From a virus (Duplodnaviria > Caudoviricetes), in IMG/VR virus record IMGVR_UViG_3300046779_001222, positions 1 to 47,453 of that record: a stretch of 47,453 bases of DNA, one strand, 5' to 3'. Of this stretch, positions 1-6,948 are shown piece by piece. Under the pieces are notes generated by a model. The model did not search any database. It was not told where the DNA came from and saw only the letters and a program-made list of their open reading frames with translations. How positions within the stretch are numbered: the stretch's first letter is position 1; every line of letters begins with the position of its first letter. The position numbers and the translations under genes were made by a program.

Positions 1-54
1 GGGAGGGACGCTTGAGGAGTTCATCGACACCACGCTTGAGTGGTGTTGATTGCA

Positions 55-88
55 ACGAGGGGTGCGACTCGTGAACGCACAGGAGGAG
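55..88 (+). promoter_or_regulatory. Predicted H-type RNA pseudoknot, copy 1, abutting the SD AGGAGGAG
   Basis: ACGAG(55-59)/CTCGT(68-72) and GTGCG(62-66)/CGCAC(76-80); lies between TGA at 47-49 and ATG at 95. Confidence 0.7.
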
Positions 89-94
89 ACTGCT

Positions 95-346
95 ATGGCA
101 GCAAAGAGAATGACCGGCAAGTCTAGAGACTTGAACAGCAACGAGTGGGTGCGGTTGACACCTACCGTATCCGCCCACTGCACCATGATGTGCGTGGAAG
201 ACGACGACGATGTGAGCAACAGTATGTTGCACGATCTGGAACGCGAGCACTTGTCGGACTATGTTGTCCACGTGACGAGTCCAGATGACCGCCTGCTGGC
301 AATGTACAGCGGACGCCGGTCACGCTCCATTCGGGGCAAGTTCTAG
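95..346 (+). CDS. Hypothetical early protein (83 aa)
   Basis: ORF; start moved to ATG 95 behind AGGAGGAG. Confidence 0.75.
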   Translation: MAAKRMTGKSRDLNSNEWVRLTPTVSAHCTMMCVEDDDDVSNSMLHDLEREHLSDYVVHVTSPDDRLLAMYSGRRSRSIRGKF

Positions 347-347
347 T

Positions 348-383
348 GAGGGGGGGGGCGCAAGCCCTCCTCTTTTCTTTTTT
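348..383 (+). terminator. Intrinsic terminator-like hairpin, copy 1 (GCAA tetraloop)
   Basis: GAG-G8-C GCAA GCCCTCCTC followed by TTTTCTTTTTT, directly after a TAG stop. Confidence 0.8.
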
Positions 384-413
384 ATTTTTTGTTTGGGTTC
401 AAGGAGTTTAATC

Positions 414-986
414 ATGGAAGACATCAGAGTATTGTTCATCGGAAACATCGTTAACGAAGATGGACAAAAAACCATCGTCGGGAACATCAAGAGTATGCTG
501 TTAGATACGCTGTATAAGCGTACTTACTTTTGGAACATCGTTAACGGCAAGCCATATAAAGATGACTATGAAACATCCGATGCTCGCATGTACTTTCAGT
601 GCGCTATGGTGTGCGCACTAAAGCAGAATTGGGACGAGGCCTTGTCTTGGTACACCATGGGTAGTCGGTGCTTCACACTTGGCAGTGTGCTGTTTGACGA
701 TAACAGCGACATCCAATGTGATTACGACCATGACGGATGGCAATACGATGTGTCTGTACAGACGTGGTTCAACACCATGTACGGGTCAAAGCAAGAGCTA
801 CACGTTGTTGGGCACCTGCGCGTACATTGTCTTGATCGGTGCGACATGACGGGTCACGATGTGACCGACCGGATGTCAGAACTGCGAGACGAGTGGTTCG
901 AGGTCATCAAGAAAGAGCGTGACCAAATCAAAGCAAACGAAGCTGCGGTTGAAGCATTCCGTAAATCGTTTCTTAAGTACGACTAG
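414..986 (+). CDS. Hypothetical protein (190 aa)
   Basis: ORF; start at ATG 414 after AAGGAG; the upstream extension in the track runs through the terminator. Confidence 0.8.
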   Translation: MEDIRVLFIGNIVNEDGQKTIVGNIKSMLLDTLYKRTYFWNIVNGKPYKDDYETSDARMYFQCAMVCALKQNWDEALSWYTMGSRCFTLGSVLFDDNSDIQCDYDHDGWQYDVSVQTWFNTMYGSKQELHVVGHLRVHCLDRCDMTGHDVTDRMSELRDEWFEVIKKERDQIKANEAAVEAFRKSFLKYD

Positions 987-987
987 T

Positions 988-1016
988 GAGGGGGGCGCAA
1001 GCCCTCCTCTTTTTTT
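988..1016 (+). terminator. Intrinsic terminator-like hairpin, copy 2 (GCAA tetraloop)
   Basis: GAGGGGGGC GCAA GCCCTCCTC (9 bp with one G-U) plus T7; near-identical to 348-383. Confidence 0.85.
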
Positions 1017-1035
1017 ATTTAACAAGGAGTTTAAT

Positions 1036-1146
1036 ATGCGCTATCAATTCACACCTGAACAAAAACTGTGGAGCAACATCGCTCTTGCTTGCCACATCGT
1101 GTTAATCATTTTCATGTTGCTCGCAGTATCAGGAGTAGCCAAGTGA
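1036..1146 (+). CDS. Small single-pass membrane protein (36 aa)
   Basis: AAGGAG SD then ATG 1036; hydrophobic stretch IALACHIVLIIFMLLAVSGV. Confidence 0.65.
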   Translation: MRYQFTPEQKLWSNIALACHIVLIIFMLLAVSGVAK

Positions 1147-1403
1147 GTTACTACTGTTATAGTCCCCGACTTGCACGAGTAATCATGCAAGACATTGCCC
1201 ACATAACTCGTGGCTATATGAGAACGTGGGCCATGGGTGGTGAAGACTACCTTATACGGGTCTTTGATAACGAGTCAGAGATCATCGCATCGTGGAACTA
1301 TTACAGTTCCGAACCATCAATCGTCACTAATCGCAGTAACAAGAACGTTGAAATATACATGCTCAACCTTGAGCAAAAGAGAAAGGCACGGAAATTAACA
1401 TGA
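1143..1403 (+). CDS. Hypothetical protein
   Basis: ORF; probable GTG start overlapping the upstream TGA (GTGA), with AGGAG upstream. Confidence 0.6.
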   Translation: MSYYCYSPRLARVIMQDIAHITRGYMRTWAMGGEDYLIRVFDNESEIIASWNYYSSEPSIVTNRSNKNVEIYMLNLEQKRKARKLT

Positions 1404-1594
1404 CAGCATTGGAGATTCAGGCTCGCTGCTCGGAGCTGAGCCGAGAGATGTTTCGATATTGGAGTCAACATGGACGTGTGCTACCTGCACACCAACATGA
1501 GATCGATTCATTGATGGCTAAACTCAAAGTCATCGAGCGTCAACAGCGGGATGAAACACGAAATCTTTTTAATCAATTAAAGGTGACCAAGTAA
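1400..1594 (+). CDS. Hypothetical protein (64 aa)
   Basis: ATGA overlap with the previous gene. Confidence 0.65.
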   Translation: MTALEIQARCSELSREMFRYWSQHGRVLPAHQHEIDSLMAKLKVIERQQRDETRNLFNQLKVTK

Positions 1595-1596
1595 TC

Positions 1597-1965
1597 ATGG
1601 ATATGAAAACTTTCCAGACCTTGAAGAAGGTCTTACAAGCAACACCGGCTGAGATTGCCGAGATGTGCCCCGAAGGATGGGACATCGATGTCGCAACAAA
1701 GAGAATGCACAAACTCGACATCGACGAGTTTAGAGAAACCGTTGGGCATTACATCCGCAATGCCACAGATGCATCGTTTCGTGGGTACACGTTACAACCA
1801 ACAACGTGCACAAACAAACGATGCCCAATGTACAACGGTAACCGTTGGATGCTGCTCTTCCATATGCATGGAGAAGGCTACAAGCTCCAATGGTATTTCA
1901 CAATGGATGACACCGCAATCGATACTGAATGCGGTGATCACTCATGGTTAGAGTCCATACTCTAA
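1597..1965 (+). CDS. Hypothetical protein (122 aa, Cys/His-containing)
   Basis: ORF tightly packed in the operon; AAGGTG upstream. Confidence 0.7.
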   Translation: MDMKTFQTLKKVLQATPAEIAEMCPEGWDIDVATKRMHKLDIDEFRETVGHYIRNATDASFRGYTLQPTTCTNKRCPMYNGNRWMLLFHMHGEGYKLQWYFTMDDTAIDTECGDHSWLESIL

Positions 1966-1974
1966 TCACTCGTA

Positions 1975-2041
1975 GGGGAGGGGTTAAATTTTATACCCCT
2001 CCAATTTTTACAGGGGGGAGGGGTCAGATATTACCCCCCTC
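1975..2041. repeat. Two tandem G/C-bordered inverted repeats (operator- or iteron-like)
   Basis: GGAGGGGT-taaattttat-ACCCCTCC (1977-2002, perfect 8-bp arms) and GGGGGGAGGGGT-cagatatt-ACCCCCCTC (2013-2041). Confidence 0.7.
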
Positions 2042-2047
2042 ATTATA

Positions 2048-2077
2048 TTGAATAATAATCAATGTAATACTTATAAT
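2048..2077 (+). promoter_or_regulatory. Putative sigma70-type promoter
   Basis: TTGAAT(2048-2053)-N18-TATAAT(2072-2077) in the longest early intergenic gap. Confidence 0.6.
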
Positions 2078-2101
2078 GCATCTGACACAAGGAGTTTAGT
2101 C

Positions 2102-2479
2102 ATGGGTAAGTTGAAGTTGACAATCGACAGCATCGAAGCATTGAGTGACGCACAGAAGGCGGCACTCGTGAGAACTGGCATCATCAGCATCGAGCCTACG
2201 CAGGCAGAGGAGCAACTCTGGCAAATTGCCATGGTCATGCTCGACCGCTCGTATATCGCTGAGTTGCTTGACGTGCAGTTGTCCACGTTCAATTCATACT
2301 TGGCAGACGAATATCGTCTCGTCAAGATGAAAGAACGCTTGTTTATCAAGCTTGGCACTGTTATCTCACAACGCGATATCACTGTCGTGCACAACATCTA
2401 TACCAAGCTTGGTAAGTATGTTGAACAAGCACACAACAACAAGGTTGTTGCTGAGTTTATCAAGGAGCAAGAAGGCTAA
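2102..2479 (+). CDS. Putative HTH DNA-binding protein (125 aa)
   Basis: AAGGAG SD, ATG 2102; segment RSYIAELLDVQLSTFNSYL resembles a helix-turn-helix. Confidence 0.55.
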   Translation: MGKLKLTIDSIEALSDAQKAALVRTGIISIEPTQAEEQLWQIAMVMLDRSYIAELLDVQLSTFNSYLADEYRLVKMKERLFIKLGTVISQRDITVVHNIYTKLGKYVEQAHNNKVVAEFIKEQEG

Positions 2480-2778
2480 TGCTACACATTGGAGACAAAG
2501 TGTGCAACGTACGCCGTCCCGACAAAATCGGGACGGTTGTTTCGTTAGACGCACCTAACAACAAATGGATGACACGACCAGAAGATATGCGAGTGTTAGT
2601 TGAATATAAACAACTAACTAAAACTAGTCGTGGTACATGGAAGAAAGGGACTATAGATGAACTACCTATAGATCTTCTCCCGTACGGAGAAGTTGTGCCC
2701 GTTGCACATATTGAACGTGGAGAAGGAAGCGTTATCAACAGAATGACAGCATATGACAGACGGAGAAGATTAAAATGA
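2479..2778 (+). CDS. Hypothetical protein (possible SH3/KOW-like beta fold)
   Basis: TAATG overlap; N-terminal IGDKV...IGTVV pattern. Confidence 0.6.
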   Translation: MLHIGDKVCNVRRPDKIGTVVSLDAPNNKWMTRPEDMRVLVEYKQLTKTSRGTWKKGTIDELPIDLLPYGEVVPVAHIERGEGSVINRMTAYDRRRRLK

Positions 2779-2894
2779 TTGCAATTATTGCGTGTTCTTT
2801 AATTGCATTACTATCCATCCTATTTTTAATAGGATGGTTTTTTAGTACTATCGAAACTGCACAACAACGTATTGACAAAGAGGGTGAATTATGA
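2775..2894 (+). CDS. Small membrane protein (39 aa), not in the ORF track
   Basis: MIAIIACSLIALLSILFLIGWFFSTIETAQQRIDKEGEL; ATGA overlaps at both ends. Confidence 0.6.
   Translation: MIAIIACSLIALLSILFLIGWFFSTIETAQQRIDKEGEL
2815..2843 (+). terminator. Terminator-like hairpin inside the small membrane ORF
   Basis: CCATCCTATT-TTT-AATAGGATGG (10 bp perfect) plus T6. Confidence 0.5.
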
Positions 2895-3289
2895 ATAAAC
2901 AAATCATCAGCGCCAGCGAACTAGCTCGCAAAGTAATCAAGACTTATGAGCAAGGAGACGGTGAACTAATCACCGGCATTGAGTTTCATAACAGCGAGAA
3001 TGGTAGGACTAAACATCGCGTCGTTATCAACGGAACATTAGAGGCAAAACTGTACATGCAACATGAACGCATGTCACCAGCTATATTTAGCATCTATATC
3101 ACCATCTATGATGGACAGTGGTCATTATCTACCACTGGTTACTACGATGAAGTCAACGTCTCGTACAGCTATGAAAATACTGAGATGGAATATACATTCA
3201 TGCAACTGCGTGAATGGATGAGCGATTTTGTTGAGACTGTGTATCAACTCAAGGCAGCTGAAGTACACGGTATCGTTGTAATCAATTAA
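2891..3289 (+). CDS. Hypothetical protein (132 aa)
   Basis: ORF with GAGGGTG upstream. Confidence 0.75.
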   Translation: MNKQIISASELARKVIKTYEQGDGELITGIEFHNSENGRTKHRVVINGTLEAKLYMQHERMSPAIFSIYITIYDGQWSLSTTGYYDEVNVSYSYENTEMEYTFMQLREWMSDFVETVYQLKAAEVHGIVVIN

Positions 3290-3295
3290 CACAAT

Positions 3296-3333
3296 GTGAG
3301 GGATGCGTCTCACTAACAACGCATAAGAAAGAG
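3296..3333 (+). promoter_or_regulatory. Predicted H-type RNA pseudoknot, copy 2, plus AGAAAGAG SD-like tract
   Basis: GTGAG(3296-3300)/CTCAC(3309-3313); ATGCGT(3303-3308)/ACGCAT(3319-3324). Confidence 0.75.
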
Positions 3334-3341
3334 TACACACA

Positions 3342-3536
3342 ATGACTGAACAAGACAAAATCTGGGTCACCATTTGCCAATGGGTCAGCAATATGGAGTT
3401 CCTATCCACCATGGTTGGCATGGACTTTACTTTACCTGTGCCACTAGAGCGTGAGAATCAAAAAGTATTACTTGAGTTCATGCAGAACTACAACACAAAT
3501 CAAGCTAAAGAATATAACCGATTAAGGAGTTTATAA
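3342..3536 (+). CDS. Hypothetical protein (64 aa)
   Basis: ORF directly after the repeated element. Confidence 0.7.
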   Translation: MTEQDKIWVTICQWVSNMEFLSTMVGMDFTLPVPLERENQKVLLEFMQNYNTNQAKEYNRLRSL

Positions 3537-3862
3537 TGCCACCTATTCATCATCACAAAATCATCATCCTTAAATTTGCTTATCTTCATATCCATCCCGG
3601 TGGTGGACTTGAGAAGGCAATCTTACTTACACCATCGTTTCAACGATTCCTTGATCGTGACGCAAGGTTATTCCTTGCTGAACTCCTTGACTTCATCGAC
3701 GCTCATGTACCACATCAAGCACGTACCAGAGATGGCTTTGATGCATGGCATAACCAATACGTAACACAAGATGAAGCAGAGGTTTACACAAAGTGGGCTG
3801 AAGCATTAACACCAATGCCAAGACCAAATGGATGGGAGGAGGTAGATACATCACATGACTAG
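3536..3862 (+). CDS. Hypothetical protein (108 aa)
   Basis: AAGGAG SD; TAATG overlap. Confidence 0.7.
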   Translation: MPPIHHHKIIILKFAYLHIHPGGGLEKAILLTPSFQRFLDRDARLFLAELLDFIDAHVPHQARTRDGFDAWHNQYVTQDEAEVYTKWAEALTPMPRPNGWEEVDTSHD

Positions 3863-4112
3863 TTACGAATACGAGATTCAACTACATAACTGGATGGGCG
3901 ACCCTGTAAGTCGCCCTTACCGTTATATAACAGGCGACACCGCTACCAATGCAGCCAAGCAATGGCTCATTGAGGCGGGACATGTTCAGTTTGTGCGCAT
4001 ACTGCGACGCAAGTATGGCACATATGAATACACACCATGGAAGGTGGTGTGGTGGTCTTACTCAGAAAAGAAAATAAGAACAAGTAAACGAAAGGATATT
4101 TTAACAAAATGA
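3855..4112 (+). CDS. Hypothetical basic protein (85 aa)
   Basis: GGAGGAGG upstream; overlapping packing. Confidence 0.65.
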   Translation: MTSYEYEIQLHNWMGDPVSRPYRYITGDTATNAAKQWLIEAGHVQFVRILRRKYGTYEYTPWKVVWWSYSEKKIRTSKRKDILTK

Positions 4113-4363
4113 AATGCGATTGGGATGTAGTAATGGGGTCTTTAGTTCTTGAAGAACTACTTGAAGAAAACCTGATAACTAAAGATCATTATGACCACAT
4201 GTGGGAAATATTTAACGATAAATCAGACGAAGTTAACTGGGTATTACTCGATATGTCTGAGGTGTTATTGAATCTTGAACAAGATGATTGTGACAAGATC
4301 ATTACCTACCTAATAAAAGAGTGTAGTCTCAAAAGTTTTACCGAAGCTAAGATCGCCATCTAA
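4109..4363 (+). CDS. Hypothetical acidic protein (84 aa)
   Basis: ATGA overlap; AAAGGA upstream. Confidence 0.7.
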   Translation: MKCDWDVVMGSLVLEELLEENLITKDHYDHMWEIFNDKSDEVNWVLLDMSEVLLNLEQDDCDKIITYLIKECSLKSFTEAKIAI

Positions 4364-4370
4364 TTTTCAT

Positions 4371-4406
4371 GTGAGGGGTGCGTCTCACTGACAACGCATA
4401 GAAAGA
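4371..4406 (+). promoter_or_regulatory. Predicted H-type RNA pseudoknot, copy 3, plus AGAAAGA
   Basis: GTGAG(4371-4375)/CTCAC(4384-4388); GTGCGT(4378-4383)/ACGCAT(4394-4399). Confidence 0.75.
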
Positions 4407-4416
4407 AACATACATC

Positions 4417-4926
4417 ATGTCTACAACTAACACACTCACTCATCCATGCTCATGGCTTGTCCGCACAATCAAGGACGTGCCAGCCAAATGTGACCAAGGA
4501 ACCATGGCTTCTTATGATTACTATGGTTATGAATCAGTTCACACTAAAACCAGTATTAATGGCCATGAGATGTCTATGATATACGAGCTGCGCATCGATG
4601 TAGCAGAGCGTAATGAAGAGACGCAAGAATGGCAACTGAGAGATGTGCCTAAAGCATACATTGCTGTAACTATGGAGCTAATGCCGAGTAAAGAAAAGAG
4701 CAATAGCACTGTCACTCTCCGAGAACGTTATGACATCACGTTTAGGGAGGAAACTTATGATGCTCGCATTGACGAAGCAATTGGTTACTTCAATCAAGTC
4801 ATTGAGCACATGCCGCTACCAAAGATATCGTTTGATTTCTGGAAGTATGTGTCCAGTGCAGCTCCTGCATTTGAGGCATCAGCAAAAGCATTCAAGCGAC
4901 TGAGCTGGGTTTCTAATCCAGAATAG
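4417..4926 (+). CDS. Hypothetical protein (169 aa)
   Basis: ORF flanked on both sides by the repeated element. Confidence 0.8.
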   Translation: MSTTNTLTHPCSWLVRTIKDVPAKCDQGTMASYDYYGYESVHTKTSINGHEMSMIYELRIDVAERNEETQEWQLRDVPKAYIAVTMELMPSKEKSNSTVTLRERYDITFREETYDARIDEAIGYFNQVIEHMPLPKISFDFWKYVSSAAPAFEASAKAFKRLSWVSNPE

Positions 4927-4933
4927 TCAACAT

Positions 4934-4970
4934 GTGAGGGGTGCGTCTCACTGACAACGCACAGAAAGAG
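4934..4970 (+). promoter_or_regulatory. Predicted H-type RNA pseudoknot, copy 4, plus AGAAAGAG
   Basis: GTGAG(4934-4938)/CTCAC(4947-4951); GTGCGT(4941-4946)/ACGCAC(4957-4962). Confidence 0.75.
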
Positions 4971-4976
4971 AACACA

Positions 4977-5279
4977 ATGAGTAAATCAACATGGTACGAA
5001 CGCAAGATTAAACTTGATGATGGGGCTGTCATTTCTATCATCTGCAAAGATGACATTAGTTATGGTCATAAAGACAAACTATTTGAATGTGCCTTGATCA
5101 AGCCAGATGGGTCTATAGATGATGATTCAGTTATAGGTCATCTAACCTTTCATCAAGTTGCAGAATACATCGATAAGGCAATGGATAAACATAACGAGCA
5201 AGTAACCGAAATACTAAAGCCGACAGAAAAATCACGAGGGATATATATATTTGGAGTGACTAACCACAAGGATTATTAA
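4977..5279 (+). CDS. Conserved-type phage hypothetical protein (SYG...LFExA...VIGHL motif)
   Basis: Start moved to ATG 4977; motif recalls a widespread small phage family. Confidence 0.7.
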   Translation: MSKSTWYERKIKLDDGAVISIICKDDISYGHKDKLFECALIKPDGSIDDDSVIGHLTFHQVAEYIDKAMDKHNEQVTEILKPTEKSRGIYIFGVTNHKDY

Positions 5280-5302
5280 TCAACACACAGAAAGAAAACA
5301 CA

Positions 5303-5551
5303 ATGACAATAGGAACAGCTGAATATATTCGGCATCACGTATATCGTGATTGCCCTTACTACTCATTTCCACGATGTGAATATGGACACAATGCGTGTTC
5401 ATGCACAGACGAGGCTGGTGGTCCATGCATTAATGAGTTAGAAGCAGAGAACGATCAACGAGTTGATGTGTTTTATGCAGCTCGTATCATCGATGCCATC
5501 TACGTCAAGAACAACGATAACTACACACTACTAATAGAGGATGAAGAATAA
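5303..5551 (+). CDS. Cys-rich hypothetical protein (82 aa)
   Basis: AGAAAGA upstream; five Cys in CPYYSFPRCEYGHNACSCTDEAGGPC. Confidence 0.65.
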   Translation: MTIGTAEYIRHHVYRDCPYYSFPRCEYGHNACSCTDEAGGPCINELEAENDQRVDVFYAARIIDAIYVKNNDNYTLLIEDEE

Positions 5552-5790
5552 TGGAACACAAGATTTGTTTAGTCAGCGTTGAGATGTTCAATGCGCCCGG
5601 CATGTTACGCTGGGCGCGTCACTTTTATCGCATGCCGTCATGCTCCAAGCAGGACAAGAAATATTTCTTGGGTGTTATGCAAGCATGGATACCTGAGAAA
5701 AAGACAGCTAAGTATTGTCTTGAATGCCCTGACGATGTCATTGAGTGGGAAGATGACAATGTAACTATCACTATAAAGGTAACAAAATGA
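5551..5790 (+). CDS. Hypothetical protein (79 aa)
   Basis: TAATG overlap. Confidence 0.65.
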   Translation: MEHKICLVSVEMFNAPGMLRWARHFYRMPSCSKQDKKYFLGVMQAWIPEKKTAKYCLECPDDVIEWEDDNVTITIKVTK

Positions 5791-6059
5791 CAAAGAATCC
5801 AGTGACGTACAAGTTTACATACTGGTCAACGTATGGTGATTCATCACCGAATGAGTTAGTTCGAGGATACTACAAAACGTTTTACAGTCCACCCAGCGCA
5901 AGGAAAGTAAGGCATCGACTCTTTAGTGATATTGGTTGCTTGCGTTTACGGCAAGGTATTGAACAGTCATATGATGGTAATCAATACCGCGTATATAGCG
6001 AGCGTCATTGCATGGTTGGCTTTGCACACCCAGTGACTAAGGAAGATGTAAAAATATGA
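5787..6059 (+). CDS. Hypothetical protein (90 aa)
   Basis: ATGA overlap. Confidence 0.65.
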   Translation: MTKNPVTYKFTYWSTYGDSSPNELVRGYYKTFYSPPSARKVRHRLFSDIGCLRLRQGIEQSYDGNQYRVYSERHCMVGFAHPVTKEDVKI

Positions 6060-6454
6060 GCGACAGCATAATGATTCAAGCATGGAATGAAATCATGGAA
6101 GATGCCACAGAGGCTGAAGCATGCATTGTGTCTCTATATAACATTGAACCGTATTATGGTGGCCCAGAGGAAGGAGGTTGGTGGGGCAACCTGTATATAC
6201 TTAAAGAATATGTTCGATGTAGTAATCGTGATGCAGCAGAAAAATTACAAGAGAAGCTACAGGAAAGGTGTTCGCAATTAAATTATGAAGCAAAAATAGC
6301 AGATGGAGAACACTGCCTACGTATGATGGAACGTGCTGATGCACGAGGTGAAGACCTTGATGATTATGGATACGATGGACCGAGCATGTATCGTGTATTT
6401 ATTGAGAAATTCCCCGGTGAAAATCAAGTAACTGAAAGATCACATTACGAGTAA
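6056..6454 (+). CDS. Conserved-type phage hypothetical protein (YGGPEEGGWW motif)
   Basis: Motif recurrent in phage hypothetical proteins; ATGA overlap. Confidence 0.75.
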   Translation: MSDSIMIQAWNEIMEDATEAEACIVSLYNIEPYYGGPEEGGWWGNLYILKEYVRCSNRDAAEKLQEKLQERCSQLNYEAKIADGEHCLRMMERADARGEDLDDYGYDGPSMYRVFIEKFPGENQVTERSHYE

Positions 6455-6948
6455 TGCCATTACGCAAACTTACACTTAAGCAAACAGAAGAAATACGACG
6501 CAAATTAAATGATGGTATGTCAATTATGGCTGCTGTCCATTATTACGGGATTTCGACTACGCATGCGTATCGAATAAAAAACAATACACAACGAAACAGA
6601 AGAAAGAGTACAACAATGGAAAAGTATAACGGCTGGACAAATTATGCAACGTGGTTGTTTTACCTACATCACAGCGAGGATGTAGAGAACTGGTATCAAG
6701 ACGCAGGTGGCACAGCATCCGATCTCCAAGCTTACTTTGAAGAAATGTACCAAGACCTTATTGATGGAATCAATAACATCTACATTACCGATGTATTACT
6801 CGGCGAATTACGTGATGTGGATTGGAGGGAAATACTTAAAACACAACAAGAAGATGACGATTCATATAACGCTAACTGGACAGAAGAAAGCGCACTTACA
6901 AACTACTTAGATCATGTAGCAGAAAATAAAGAGAGAGAGAGAAACTAA
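6454..6948 (+). CDS. HTH-like N-terminus fused to a YNGWTNYxTW-family domain; probable internal start at 6616
   Basis: GMSIMAAVHYYGISTTHAYRIK is HTH-like; in-frame ATG 6616 is preceded by AGAAAGAGTACAACA. Confidence 0.65.
   Translation: MPLRKLTLKQTEEIRRKLNDGMSIMAAVHYYGISTTHAYRIKNNTQRNRRKSTTMEKYNGWTNYATWLFYLHHSEDVENWYQDAGGTASDLQAYFEEMYQDLIDGINNIYITDVLLGELRDVDWREILKTQQEDDDSYNANWTEESALTNYLDHVAENKERERN

Noticed and set aside
55-80. Match to known pseudoknot riboswitches (guanidine-III, preQ1-I, SAM-II)
   Set aside because: Loop 1 is only 2 nt and the conserved ligand-binding nucleotides are not evident; the ACGAGG similarity to guanidine-III falls in a stem here, not a loop
348-1009. Hairpins as N4-type virion RNA polymerase promoters
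   Set aside because: The GCAA tetraloop is on the coding strand with a following U-tract, as in a terminator; there is no GNA triloop on the template strand
285-1035. Repeated peptide SEGG(G)ASPPLF in ORF-track proteins 285-986 and 919-1146
   Set aside because: Artefact of translating the duplicated terminator; SD-supported starts are 414 and 1036. The 5' extensions at 50, 2048, 4941 and 12697 are rejected on the same grounds.
3296-4970. Repeated element as a CRISPR array or integron attC sites
   Set aside because: The intervening segments are whole genes of variable length; no cas or integrase gene; no GTTRRRY/RYYYAAC box architecture
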